A DNA stretch of 64,000 nt, taken from the IMG/VR virus record IMGVR_UViG_3300032030_000014, positions 67,919 to 131,918 of that record; one strand, 5' to 3'. A model generated the notes under the pieces. That model made no database searches. It saw only the letters and a program-made list of their open reading frames with translations, and was not told where the DNA came from. Shown here in pieces: positions 30,289 to 44,302 of this stretch (positions are counted from its first letter, which is position 1; each line of letters opens with the position of its first letter). A program made the translations under genes and the position numbers. This DNA is from a virus.

Positions 30289-32820
30289 TTAGCGTACATT
30301 AAAGAATGGGCCTACGCTAGCTGCCTTATTATTATTTAATTCATTAATTACAATGCAGTAATAAATGCCATCATCTTCTGGTCCAAGCTAATAACTTCTG
30401 CTACCAGAGCTTTCACCAAAGACGATTTCACCATTTTTATAAGTAGCAACATCTGCATCACAAATAATATCTTTATCTCCTGGGAATTCAGTATTACCAA
30501 GGATTGCGGCAAGAGCACCATCAAGATCAATTTGAGCCTTAATCTAACTATAATCATCATAGTCGGCTTCATTGTTAATAACAGCATGCATCCAAAGATA
30601 AGTAATACCATCAGAAAGAGCAGGCTCTTCAAGATTGAAGCTAAGTGTTCTATAATTGCCTCTAAAATCTTGTTTATCAATGGCATGAATTACTTTATCT
30701 ACTGGAGCGTTAGCATAAGAAAGAACAGGTGCTTCTGGAGAATTAGTAACACGATAGTTACCAGAGTTCTCTGTGGTAGAAACCTTATTTCTTGTAGCAG
30801 TTACTTCGCAGAAATAAGAATTATCTAAACCTTCTTCTGCTAAACCAACAATGGTCATTTCATTGCCATTGATACTATATTGTGCACTTGAAGGAGCTTC
30901 GGTGGAAACTCTAAAGGTCAAAGTTGTATCATTTACTTTTCTTGTAATAGGAGCTTCATCAGCCTTAAACCAGAAAAGAATATGTCCATCAGCTACACCG
31001 AGATCATTTTCATCTGCCTCTTCAAAAGTATAAGATTCATTCCAAACAACACCGGCAAGATGATCTTGCTCAGTATCAATATCCAAAGCAATCCATTGAT
31101 GTGTTCCTTGCTCTGGATTGGTAGAATTAAAACTCTTTAACTCGGCATCTGGATAAATAGTAATAATTGTACCATTTTGAATAATATTAATATGTTCTTG
31201 GTTAAAGATACCTTTTGCACCAAGAGCACCATTCTCAGAAGCGTTTTCTAACCATTCTGGATCATCTGGAAGTTGAGATGCAGGAAGTGCGGCAACAGGC
31301 ATAATAGGCTCAACCGCAGTTACATTAGAAACAGTACCATCATTGGCAATCTTTTTCCAGTTGTAACTTAAAGTTACTTGTGGATCTTCTCCGACCTCAG
31401 AAGCAGGACGGTCTTTTTCGCCTGGCTCTGCTGCAGCTTTTAATGTAATACTGCCATTATTAGTAATAGCATGCACGCCTTTATCTTCTACTGTTACAGA
31501 AATATTTTCATTCTCTTCAGGAAGATTAATAACTGGCTTGAGAGGACCAGGAATACGAATTCTCTCTTCTCTATCCATCTTACGAACAGTGGTATTAACA
31601 GAAGTACGAGCTTTTACATCAACAGAATATTCACCAACTGTATCAACAGAAGCAACGCTTAATTTCTTATAAAGATGAATTATTGCTCCACCTTCAACAA
31701 AATTATCACCATCAACTTCAATATTAGCAATTCTATCTCTTGATACAAGAGTAGAAACAATAACATTTTCATCTTCGACGGTAATAGTATAATATTCCAT
31801 ATTATTAGAAAGATGTTCACTAACAGGGACTTCTTCATATTCAAATGTTACTGAACTAATATCTATAGAATCAGATTCATAAGATCCAGAAGTAGAATTG
31901 TAAGAAAACTTTTTCCAATCATAAGAGATATTACCAATATCGCTGTTTCTTGCACTAATGGCAAGTTTTACAACACTATTTGCTCCAACAGGAAGATCTA
32001 CGATTTTAACAAGTTCATTTCCTTCTGGAGACATAACGTAAAGAGGAACTGTTACGATGGGCTCACCAGGAATTGGAGCAGATGGATCATAAATACCAAC
32101 ATTCTTAATTCTACTGGTAATTACTTTACCATGATCAATTTCTTTTACGCTATGATTAATTAAATCATAATTTAAAGAAGCATTAATTGTAACTTCGGCA
32201 GGAAGAGTGCTAAAGCTATAAACTAATTGACGAGCTCCATTTTCATCACTTTCACCAAGTTGATAAAAACGAACAGCAAATTTAATATTGCCTGCGGCTT
32301 CAGTTAATTCATGAGAAATTGGCCAGCCAAAAATGATTTTGCCAGGAATAGTTTCAATATCCTTGCCAAAGTGCTGAGAAATACCAGCAATTACATTTTT
32401 ACTAAGGTCTTTTGCTTCCCATTGAATAACGATATTTAAATCATCACTGGCTAAATCAGTAGAATCAAAATATCTATCAATAGTAAAATAAACAACTTCA
32501 GCAAGTTCATCGCCTTGAACACCAACACCATAGCGACCAAAAGAAGAATTTGGTACTTTTACTGTTCTGGAATTGGCGTCAATCTCAAAGAAATCTTCAT
32601 CCAATGGAAGTCTTACAAAAAAGCGACTAATATCTTCGTTGTCAGAAATTTTAACAAGATCTTCTAAATAAGCAAAATACTCATTTAATGTAGTGATAGC
32701 AAAATCTTCTGAAAATTCTGCTTCTCTATTTTCTGGAGGATTTTCAATTAGTGCTTTAGAAGCCTTATCGAAAAGGAGATTATATTTGTCAGCATTTGCT
32801 GAGCTAATATATGTAACCAT
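30289..32820 (-). CDS. large structural protein (~843 aa); the track ORF 30544..32820 continues past the TAG at 30544
   Basis: In frame past TAG 30544-30546 and 30388-30390 to a TAA at 30289-30291 (...GDKDIICDADVATYKNGEIVFGESSGSRSYQLGPEDDGIYYCIVINELNNNKAASVGPFFNVR). The ribosome-binding site of the next gene follows ~20 nt later. Confidence 0.5.
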
Positions 32821-32850
32821 TCAGCTTTCATCCTTTCTTAATATTTTTAT

Positions 32851-32882
32851 AGAAGAGAAGAGGTTTTACCCCCTTCTCTTCT
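32851..32882 (-). terminator. hairpin between the 70-aa gene and the 843-aa gene (weak terminator or RNA structure)
   Basis: Stem agaagagaag, loop aggttttaccccct, stem tctcttct. There is no clean T-tract on the minus transcript. Confidence 0.25.
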
Positions 32883-32911
32883 ATATCTAAAAACTATTTA
32901 CTTCAAACTAA

Positions 32912-33124
32912 TTAGTTTTGACCTTTAAGAGCAACCTCTCTCCATTGAGAAAGCTCCTCATCAGAGCAACGAACTTGTTTTACTCTTTTGACACCATTTG
33001 AAAGAATTTTTCCTTCATCAGCAGTCAAAACATTGATTCTTACATAATAAATATCTTCAAGATGAACAGGAGATTCAATAACTCCATTTGTCCCAAGATA
33101 TTTATATAAAACTTGTTTTGTCAT
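32912..33124 (-). CDS. small hypothetical protein (70 aa)
   Basis: GGAGAG ribosome-binding site. True TAA stop at 32912-32914. No TAG. Confidence 0.5.
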   Translation of the reverse strand: MTKQVLYKYLGTNGVIESPVHLEDIYYVRINVLTADEGKILSNGVKRVKQVRCSDEELSQWREVALKGQN

Positions 33125-33142
33125 TATTTATCTCTCCTTTTC

Positions 33143-36100
33143 TTAAGCCTAAGCTGGGGATACAGCACGATCTGCTGTTATACCAAAGTATTTATAATTG
33201 CCACTCGAATCAACTAATCCTTGTGGAATTTGTCCATCCCTAGTATAAATGACTATTGATCCACCTGGACCTCTTAACTGATGGAATCCATTAAATATAC
33301 TAGAGACGCCTTCTCTAAGTTGATTTGTAGTAATCATATCTTCCCAAGTGCAAGGATCTCCTTCTGCACCGACATAAATATTATAAGTGTACTGTAAAGA
33401 TGCAAAAGGTTTATCTCCAAATTCAACGTAAGAATGTCCTGGAATATATACAGTATCTAACTATATATCCATAAAAATAGCATTTCCAATACTAATTATT
33501 GGCTACAAAATATTTTTAATTAGCATTGGATCGTCCTAACCAAGAGAAGGACAGCTCTTAAATGCGTTATTACCAATAATCTTACAGGTATTTGGTTGCT
33601 CATAGTATTTTAAATATGGCATTTCTTGGAAAGCTTGAGCGTTAATTTTAATTAAAGATCTTGTTGTAGTATCATCCTTATTTTCAGGTGGATCTGCCCA
33701 AAATACATGAGTAATTGAGGTATTGCTGAAACCAGTTCCAATGTTTCCACCTACCTAAATAACAGGTGTACCATTAACTACAGTAGGTAATGTAATTTTA
33801 CCACTTAAAGAATATCTTCTATCTAAAGAAATTGCACATCCTTCTGCTTGTATTCCAGCCTAATTAATTCTCACATTTTCTACTAATAAATACTAAGGAT
33901 CTAAAACATTTTTATAAACACTTACTTTTTCATATACTGCGATAAAAGCATAATCATCGCCAATCGGCAGTTTGGATAAATCCTATGGCACAGTTGGCTA
34001 TTTAGTAAATGCCCATCCTTTAAATTTATTTACATAATAGAAATTATCTTCAGTATCAGATAATTCAAGAGTTGGAATAATTTCACCACCATTTTTATTT
34101 ACGGGCGGATTTACACCATATCCTGTTGAATATGTCTGATAATTGACTAAATCGCTATTATCGCTATCTTTTATAGGTGTTCCATCTGCATTGATATAAG
34201 TACGTTTATATGCATGCAAGAAGAAGATTGCATAGAAGGTATAATCAAGAGCCAAATCTCCATTCGGTCTTGTCCATTGTCCTCCAGAATTAGAAATTAA
34301 AACCTAATATTTCTTATTTCCAATAGTATATATATCCTCCCCGGATGCCCCATCGTTAGTTTCTATAGCCCAACCAAAGAAATCGTAATTTGCTAAAAAC
34401 TTGTCTAAATTACCATATTTTGTCATTGGGTTATCAAACCATAGATTATCTATAGAAGCTGCACTAGCAACAGTCTAAATTGATAATGGATTTTCAGTAA
34501 CATAATGATAATTCTTACCATTATCTTCAAGATAAATAAATCTTGCAGAAGGCTTTTTAGTAACTGTTTTAAATAGGAATGTTAACTATGGGAAATATCT
34601 CTATAAAGTATTTCTAATATAATCTTCATCAACTGCTATATCATTATCAATATAAATAATACCAGTAATATTTGGAATTAAAACATTATTTAATCCCTAA
34701 TAATTATTGTTATTAATAAATGTTTTAAACATTTCAACATCATTAATCTAACCAATGGTTTCTGCGGCAATAGTTTTATCTACTTTATAAATTTCTTTGT
34801 TAGCAAGCTAAGTTTCCCATTCTCCTTCATTGTAAGAAAAATCTACTAATCCATAATGATTATCTGTAACTTTATAATCAGCAGGATCTCCACTATAAAT
34901 TTCATCTTGCTCAGCGAGAGTATAAGGAGACCATTTAACATTTGTCATATTAATATATGCTATACTTGTCGCAGAATTACCGCCACGAGCATCAAAATGT
35001 TTCTTTAACAATTTATAACTATCATAACCTAAACTACCACCAACAATACTTAGGCGATTAATTCTTGTTGAATTATTATTAAACAAGCCATCTATCCATA
35101 AGCCAGGAGTAGCAACTAATTTTCCATCTTGAAGCACAGGTCTTTGATAAGATGTAAGTAAACGAGTTAATAATCTTGCTTCAGTAAGTTCTAAAGTAGT
35201 AATAGAACTTGGTAAATATAAAGTATTTAAAGCAACTCCTTCAGCAAATTTAACTTCTGTTAAATTAGAACCTGTAGCTCTAAAGTTCTACAACTTTTCA
35301 CAAGAAGTTAAATCAAGAGTTGGGGCAGTTCCAGTAATCTAAATATTACTCATATTTACTTCTTTTAATAGTGGCATACCAGAGGCATCTTTGCTAGAAG
35401 GAATGGAAGGAGGATTTAATTTATCGTTTTTCCAGGTAAATTCTCTTTCAATTCCATTATTGTCAAAATCTGTAATAGCACCGTCGTAGCCTAGCAACAA
35501 TTTTGTCAAATGTCGAGCATCGCCCTCAATCTTAAATTCTTGCCAATACATATTACTCATATTTCCAACATCAGACATTTGATTCATGCCGTAAACATAT
35601 AGTAACTATTCAGGATATCCAGAACTTGTTCTAACACCATTTTCAATAGAAGAAATTTCAAACTTAACAGGATTAATACCATCATACTTCTTACTTGGAT
35701 AAGCTTCATTATCATCGCCAAGAGTTACATAGGTACTATGTGTTGGGGTAAGAGTTAACCAATATTCTGCATCGAATGGATGTCTTTTTTGAGTTTCAGC
35801 TTGATCTAACCAATAAGATGTTGAAGAATTTGTTGGATCTTCTACCCAAATATCAGAAGTATTTGTTGGATTATTTGCTGCAACACGGCCCCACATGCGG
35901 TTACTACCACCGCGAGCATAGTTGCCTTGATTAAGCCAAGAGTCAATGTATTCAAGACGATTTGTAAGGAATTGCTAACGAGACAGGCTTCTATCACCTT
36001 GTAAAGCATAGAAATAAGTACCATTAGAATCATAAGTCCAAGTGCCTTCGGTATCACTGGAAATATGTCCAGTAGTACCATCCTAATATTGTTTACTATT

Positions 36101-39100
36101 AGTAATAGTAATATATTTATAATACTCGTCAAGGTTTGTCGCAATTAAAGGACGTTTGCCTCTCATAACAATACTACCACAAACATTAGGATCTGTACGA
36201 TACCAAGCTTCAATATTTGCAACAGAGCGGAGAGGGGGATTTTGTAATTGCGCCCAAGTAACACCAGCATTAATTCCTTTTAAATGTTTATATTTCATTA
36301 AAATACGAGAATTTTTAAAGTATTTATAGAAATTATTCCAAAGAACACTATCAGAGGTTGAAAAGTTTCCATTATCTGTAGCATCAACATTATATTCAAA
36401 AGAAGGAATACCAGTATTATTAATACCTAATTGAGTATCAATATCATAGAAGATAGGATACCAAATATATTCTCCGCCTTGTTTCTAAGGTCCCCAAGAA
36501 GCAAACATTGCATTTTTTCCTCTTGAGTCATAACATTCAAAAACTTCTGTCATTACAAAATAAGTAGATAAATATTCAATATCGAAATGATCTGCTAATT
36601 CATTAATGAATTTATCTGCACGATATTCTTGAGTATCAAAAGTATACTAATGATTTTGACCATCTCCATATCGTACAGTGATACCAACCCAATAATTCGT
36701 AGGATTTTCATTATATTGTTCTTCTGTGATTACTATAGGTTTAACTGCGGAACCAGCAGTCTATTCGCCATCGTATGTATAATAAATAATCGAACTGTCA
36801 TAAGTTTCATTGGCTTCACATCGTCTTACTAGTCTATCAAAACCACCATCGGCAGCCATTTCTTCATCTGTTAAAGAAGTAAAACTATAATATGTTTGGG
36901 TTGGATCAAAATCATCAATACTAATGACTTTAACACCATTCACATCAATATAATATTTATTTTTCTCATATTGAACTGTCCCAAGATAAGCACTATTATA
37001 CTAATCCCCATTTTTAATATAATAATTTTTAGTTGGATCATAATGATCACTTGTATCAAGAACATATCTTTCGTTTGTTGTGTCATATACAAAATAAGTT
37101 CCACTTACCCAAAGATTACCTAATCCTGTCACTTCTGTATATGTACCACCAGATTTTACACTCTCTGTATTAGTACTCCATACCCAAGCAACAGCTTTTT
37201 CCCAGTTGGCGTAAGAATTAAAGATAACTTTTGCACGATTTGCATAATTTTCTGTTGGATTTTCTTTATTATATGCTAAATCACCATTTTTTTGCATATA
37301 AGCAACAGTATCACTTGCTTCATATTTGTCGCCGTCTTTATCTGGATTATATACATAGTCAAGGATATCTGCATCAGCGTGATAACGATACTCAAAAGAG
37401 TCAGCAACAACAGGAGCTGAACCAACTGAATTAAGAACAGGAACTTTTTCTGTGCCATTTAAAGTATAAACATTAAAAGATAAATCTTTTCTATTCATTG
37501 GGTCTCTAAAAGAACAAAATGTACGAGAATTATTTTCTCCTTCCCAACATTCTGCAATTTTAGAAATTTTCTTATTACCTAAGAACTTCTAAAAAATATC
37601 TTTTCCTGTTGTTTTATCTGGTTTAAATCCATAAACTTCATCGGACCCTTTATCCAAAAGCATATTATACATACCAATATATGTATATGTTCCATCTGAC
37701 TTTTTATGGAAGGCTAATGTTCTAAAGCCCTATACGGAAGTTCGATAATCATTGGTATTTGAAATTACACATGTTTTATAGCCAAAAACTGCTTTGTACC
37801 ATTTATTATAATACTGATGATTTTCTTCATTATTCCAACCTTCATTATTACCCTCAGTTAATACTTTAGTAATATTATGAGCAGCTGCATAAGCAACTGG
37901 ACCAAGGGCAAAGTCTTCAGCAGACTAAATCTATAATTCATCTTCAACTGTATTTTTCCAATTACCTTTATGATTTTTATAATAATATGTAGTACCGGCT
38001 TTATAAGAAGTAGCTTCTTCATAACTGGTCTAATCCATATCATATTCAGTAAAGGCTCCAGCCGCATTCAAATCATCAAAAGGATGCTTTGAATAAGCAT
38101 TTTTTACCATATTAGCAAAACCCATATTATAAGTTCCAGAAGATTCCATATAATCAATCTTCATAGTAAATTTGGTAGTTCCTGCGGTATAATTGTCCAT
38201 ATACCAATATTTCTATCTTGTATTTTCTGGATTGGCATCATATTCGGCTGCAAAAGGACCTCTATTTAAATAAATATTAACTCCATTATCATCTTTTGTC
38301 TTTAACTTATAGTTACGACGAGGATAAAATTCAGAAGATGTGCCTTGAACAGCCATTGATACACCTTCACCTTTCCAAGAAGGACAATGGTGCTAATAAT
38401 AATATTTTACTGCGGCAGCTTTTTCTTCGGCAGTAGAAGAACTATTCCAAAGTTTATCTCCTTCTGGACCAGATAATGTTTCCAATTCACCCGTTGAATA
38501 TGCTAATTCTAAAGGAGTATTAACAAATTCAACACCAATATTTACTTTAACGCTTTTAGCATAAGATAATTTATCATCATTATTACTATTTGTAGTATCA
38601 AAAACAATATATGGCATAATGGGAGAATCAATGTGTGCGGTATTATAATCCATCATCTTTTTATAATTAAATTGATATTCACTAATTGCAGAATTTTCTA
38701 CTGCCAATTTATTCTAATCATAAATAAGAACGTCTTTTAAATCTACCGCAAAATTAGTTACAATATCATTAACATTTAAATCGGTTCTATAAAAACGAAC
38801 TTTATATAAATCGATATCACAATACTAAGAATTAAATATTAATGCTTTTTCAGTAGAATCTGTACTTGTTATACCAAAAGAATTGGTAAGTGAATTTTTA
38901 ATAACACCAGTTAAGACACCATTAATATAAATATACATTAATTTAGTAGTATGAGAATATACTGCACTTAAATTAATAATATTATCTTCAACATAATCGA
39001 CATTGACTGTATTAGTGCCATTTGAGAAAAAGGCATCCTATGGTCCTAAACAAATACCAACTACAGATTGATTATTACCAGAATAAAAACCACAAGCAAC

Positions 39101-41104
39101 AGAATTTAAATTAATTTGTTTTTCAACATGATCAAAAACTAAATCATCATATTCCTTATCTCTTTCAATGCCGTTTTTATCAATAAAAGGAACATGATTT
39201 GTTTTAAAATAATTTGCCAAGAAAGCATCGTAATTTGTATATTCTGTTTTATAACTACTATTTTCAGTATCATAGAATAAATTAAAATAAGTTTCATCGT
39301 TTTCATATCTTGTAACATTATGAATTAAATTAGAGTAATCTTGTACATTTCTAATTTTAAACTAAAATTCAAAAGTATGAGACTATTCTCTATCGCTCTA
39401 TCCAGCAAAAATCATATTGCCAATAGGGATAGAAAATTTTGCTCCATTACTAATACGCAAACATGTTTTATTATTTTCAGTAACCCAACCATTATTATAC
39501 CAGTTGAAATTTTCAAAAGTAGCATTCTTTTTTATTCCATTTTGTTCATAAGACCATGTCTATCTACGCATTTCAGATTCACTATTAGAACGACCACTAG
39601 CATCAAAATTTAATGTTAAATAAGTAGATTTTTGAATACCAAAGTCAAGACGATTTGGATCTTGTTCAACAGTGAATTGAATATCTCTTTTAACAATATT
39701 TTCAGGATCTTCTTCACAAGTAATAGAATATAAATTCTACATATTTAAATCAAAATCAACAATTTCAAAAATAGAAAATTTAGAAGTATCAACAATCTCA
39801 CGAGGAGAACCTTCTAATTCTTTATTTTCTTTATATAAATGAACTTTCGGAATTCCACTAGAAGTATAAACTCTAAATGGAATTTGAATATTATCATAAT
39901 TATAATATGTTGTTTTATAATTACCCAACCAAATAATTGGAGATGTATTATTTGCATCTTTTGTAGCAACTTCAAATTCTAATGGTTCAACACTAAATCC
40001 TTTAATACCATTAATATATTGACTTAAAACAATCTTAACTCTATGATATCCATGAGTAATTTCAGAGACATATTCTTTTACATTTAAAGTTTGTTCTCTA
40101 TCAGAATTATTATCTAATCTTCTAGAAGCAATTAATTCATCATCCCAATAAAATTCTAACAATTTATCCATATTACCATCTTGATAACATGATAATGTAA
40201 TTGAAGATGTTTCAAATACACTATTATTAGAAAAATTGGATGGCAATGTCAAAGACAAATCAGAAGTAATAAAATTCTAAGATACTGTATAAGTATTTGT
40301 TGAATTAAATTCAGAAACTGTTAAAGTTAAACGAGATGTGGCAGAATGTTTTGCTTTTTCACCAAAGTTAAAAGAACAAGATTCTCCAGAAGGAAGACGT
40401 CCCTAATATTCCGCAGGTCCATTAATAATACCATTGGCATATTGAATAAAAGTACTTCCATTTTCAGTATATTCTAATTTCCAAGCTACAGAAACAGTAT
40501 CATCAATATAATTACCATTTCTATCTTTTGCGGCATATGGTATAAATACTACGTAAGCGTCTTTTCCATTAATTAAATTAGATGGAAAAGATTGTAGCTA
40601 AATTTTAATATTTTCAGCCTAAGAGCCACCTCCGCCACCACCTCCTGTACCAGAAGAAATTAATTCAGCAGTGACTCTATTGCTATGTTCACCAATACCT
40701 TGCTCAATTACTCTAAAAAACCATCCATCAGAATTAATAATAAGAGTATCTACTAAAGGTAATCCAATCAAATCATCCGGAAAAGCCTGTTTATAAATAT
40801 AATAAACTGGTTGTTCTAAATCTGGCTACTCAAGCGAGCCGGATTCAAATGTTGCATTTGCATAAATGAAACCTACGTTAGAAGAACCTCCACCAGTACC
40901 ATTCCCCATTAAAATTCTTTGGAGAGAACCATTTATTTTGGTATCTAACCAAATCATTTTTGAATCAGTAGCAAAATAAATATTACCATCGGCATAATCA
41001 ATACTGTTGATTGCTTCCTAAGTGCCTCTAATGGGAACAAAACGTACTTTATCCTAGGATAGCTTTTCTAATATATTCTGCCAATATTTTTGTTCATTTG
41101 CCAT
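33143..41104 (-). CDS. giant structural (tail/baseplate) protein, ~2653 aa, read through many TAGs
   Basis: Eleven track ORFs (33149.., 33998.., 34808.., 35339.., 35606.., 36083.., 36761.., 37001.., 38393.., 39038.., 39737..40258) share one frame. I scanned the gaps 33338-33997 and 37499-38392 and found only TAG. GAAAGGAGA ribosome-binding site, then ATG at 41102-41104 (MANEQKYWQNILEKLS...). TAA at 33143-33145. The other gaps were not scanned. Confidence 0.5.
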
Positions 41105-41140
41105 TTACTAGTTCTCCTTTCATCTCTATTTTATTAATAA

Positions 41141-41167
41141 GGGGAAAGAATAATTCATTCTTCCCCC
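41141..41167 (-). terminator. rho-independent terminator after the 637-aa gene
   Basis: Stem ggggaaagaat, loop aattc, stem attcttccccc, with A/T flanks. Same stem family as the terminator at 29346. Confidence 0.5.
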
Positions 41168-41181
41168 TTATTATTTATTAA

Positions 41182-43095
41182 TTAAAATGAACCCCACTTA
41201 ATATCAATTGCAATAGCTTTCTCTGCTTCAGCAGATGCGCCATTAAAACCAATTGTTAAAGTTTTAGATTCTAAAGCAATAGACTTATTAACAGAATTTG
41301 TTAAAGTATCTGTAACAGAAAGACTGATATAAGACTTGGATAACAATGGCGAATTGGTTAAAGTTTCATTGCTATAACCAAGACCCATACTAGAAAGCTT
41401 ATTATGGGTAAAGCTAACAATTTTTCCATTTATACCAGTTACATGACCATAACTATCTGTTAAAATATCTGTTGTATCGTTTAATGCTAAGAAAGAAACT
41501 GTGCTATTACCAAAATCATCATTTCCAGAATTTGATGTAACTAATGTATTTGCATCATTATCATCTTGTCTGGTAAGAGTTCTGTGTTCAATTGTTAAAA
41601 TAGCAGAATTATTATTATTAACAATTGAAGTTACTTTAATCTTCTCAGTATTAGGAATATTTACTCCTGCAATTAAAGAATTACTATTTTTTGTATCTAC
41701 TAAATTTAATTGTGTTGAAGTAGGTGTTGCGCCAAAATTACCATTGCGGTCTCCAGAGAAAGAAGGACCAACAAAAGGTTCATCTCCAGAAGGAACTATA
41801 TCAATAGTCAAATTTGCAGATGGAATAACACCATTAACTTCATTACCACGAAGAATAACTAAATCGCCTTTTTTAACATCGACACCATTATAAGTGAAGT
41901 CACAAGCTGCTTTGTAAGTATCTCCATTATGCCCTGTTCCACTTGTCGCAATAGTATCGATTACAGCAGTAGCTACAATACCACTAGCAGAGGTACTAGT
42001 TTTAATAGTACCCATATATGTCATTGCATTCGCTGCTGACAATCTATCATTAATAGCGTCCGTAATAGCTTGATCTGACTACTCTTTAGTGTAAACATTT
42101 AATGTAGCGTTACCATTAGCAAAATGAACTGCTGCAGCTTGCTAGAAAGTACTAATTGTTGGGCTAGGAACAGAATATCCAGAAGTTGCACCATAAGTGA
42201 TAGTGGGATCAAGAGTACCCTTTGTACTATGCGTAATCTGCTAACTTCCCGAACCATTGCCAGAATCATATTCTAACTAGAAAACAAAACCTTGAGCTGC
42301 TGCATTAGCTGCAACACCTTTATTAGTAAAATTAGGACCTGCAATAGTAATTGCACCAGCAGCGGTTGAAGTTACGCCAATATCATTAGAACCAGAAAGA
42401 GTAACAGAAGAATCTAATGTAGAACCTCCATCTTTCTTTAAACCAAGAGTTGCTCCATTATTTGTACTAGAAGCAGTAGTACCAACAGTATATGTTGTAT
42501 CTTTTGTTGAAATTTCAATTGTTGGCACGGTGGTTTGATTCTAACCAGTTCCAATTGCTTTTGTACCTGGCGTTAAAGTAACATTATTATTACCTTCAAC
42601 TAAACCAACATAAGCTGGTAAACCTCCTGCTGAAGTTGCCACAGAAGAATTAATTAAAACAGTGTCGTCTGCTCCATCAGCTGCGGAAGTTGTTTGTGAA
42701 AAGCTAGAAATTTGTGTTGCCGCATTAATTTGTACCCATTGTTTATTTCCATTTGAATCTTCTTCTAATACAGCTAAAATATTACCATCTTGAATATAGT
42801 AAAAATCGCCCTTCTGAGCATCAATGCTTGCAGCTGGTAGAGATCCGGAATCAACTACTGTAGTAATACCTGCACTTACCTAAACAGGAAAAATCTTTCC
42901 AGAATCAGTTCCAGTATCTACTTTACGACCTACATATAATCTATGAGTATCAGTTGTTAAATAAAATGCGCCTTCATAAGCATGGCCACTAAGGTTATCT
43001 CCGCTTCCTGGCAAATATTTATTTAATTGAGCTTGAGTGCCCTGTAAAAAACGAACATTATCATTTAATAATGCTTCATAGCTATAGCTTGCCAT
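41182..43095 (-). CDS. putative tail fibre / receptor-binding protein (~637 aa)
   Basis: Track ORFs 41182.., 42277.. and 42880..43095 share a frame. Ribosome-binding site before the ATG at 43095. TAA stop at 41182. N-terminus MASYSYEALLNDNVRFLQGTQAQLNKYLPGSGDNLSGHAYEGAFYLTTDTHRLYVGRKV. Confidence 0.5.
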
Positions 43096-43115
43096 CTTTT
43101 ACATTTCTCCCTTCT

Positions 43116-44237
43116 TTAAGTATTTCTCTCATTAAGCTCTTGCCATTTCATTCGTTCAGTTAAAGAAGTTAAATTAGAATTTATAGTATTAACTTCCTAA
43201 ACTAAATTTTCATTTCCGGCAGTTAAGAGAAGATCATTTAAATTCCCAATTTCTGCTTTTGTAACACAATTAGTTTCTAAATAAGCAACACGAGAAACTA
43301 AACCTGGTATAGTATTCCCTGTTTGAGAGTCTGTCTTATCATATAAAACATCGTTTAATTTAGAAACCTCTGTATTAAAAGTTGTTATTTTTACATATTC
43401 TGTTAAATTAACATTACCAAAAGTTCCGATTTGTTCCAAATGGTTGTTAACAACAATATATTCATCATACTTATTGCCCGAAGATGGATCATTACCATTA
43501 TCAATTAGATAAATTACTTCTGGTCTAATTGGTTCAGGATCTAATCCAGAAATTTGAGCCTGAATTTTTTCCATTGTAGTAATCTAATAATCTAAAGTAC
43601 CAACAACAGAACTGGACCATTCAATACCATTACTTGTTTTTATAGGTATGCTGCCCTATGGGGCAAGATTATAACCATTTAAAATATATTGCTAATCAGA
43701 ATCTAATGAAAAAATATCAGTATTAAAAGTAGGAATATTAATTACGGACCAAGCACCATCACCGCGTAAAAATTTACCCTAATCTCCAGCCTTTGGAACC
43801 GGTACTAGCCCAGATACACCTGCGACTGTTGGTGTAGCACCTTGCATTATGCCAACCGCAGTATCTATAATTGTAGACAAGGAGGTATTTTCCCAACGTT
43901 CAGTCGTATCATTATATACTAAAATCTGTTTATCTGCAAGACTTTCATCATCAATATAAACGTTTTCTAAATCGTTAATACTAATATCGCCAGAAACGTT
44001 ACCGCCATTGCCAACTCCGCTAATTAGTTTTTGACCTAAGTAGAGCTTTCCTTCTGTCGAAGTTTCAGCATTTTGATAAATAAAATATAAAGTATCATTA
44101 CTGATTTTTTCTGGCGTAGTTTGCAATGTTTCCCAAGCAGTAATAGATCCTCGCATAAATTTAACATAATGAACATTGGGATCATTTATTAAATTTGCCA
44201 CGTATTTATTCTCTCCTTTCTTCTCATATTTTCTCAT
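43116..44237 (-). CDS. structural protein (~373 aa)
   Basis: ORFs 43197..43574 and 43779..44237 share a frame and the reading continues to a TAA at 43116-43118. The ATG at 44237 has no ribosome-binding site. The in-frame GTG at 44202 (AAAGGAGAG ribosome-binding site, ...VANLINDP) may be the real start. Confidence 0.45.
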
Positions 44238-44257
44238 AAAATATAAAAAATAAAATA

Positions 44258-44293
44258 AAGAGATTATCCCTGTTTGTCCTGAGATAATCTCTT
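44258..44293 (-). terminator. rho-independent terminator (perfect 12-bp inverted repeat)
   Basis: Stem aaagagattatc, loop cctgtttgtcctga, stem gataatctcttt, with a T-rich run on the minus transcript. Confidence 0.55.
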
Positions 44294-44302
44294 TATTTCA
44301 AC

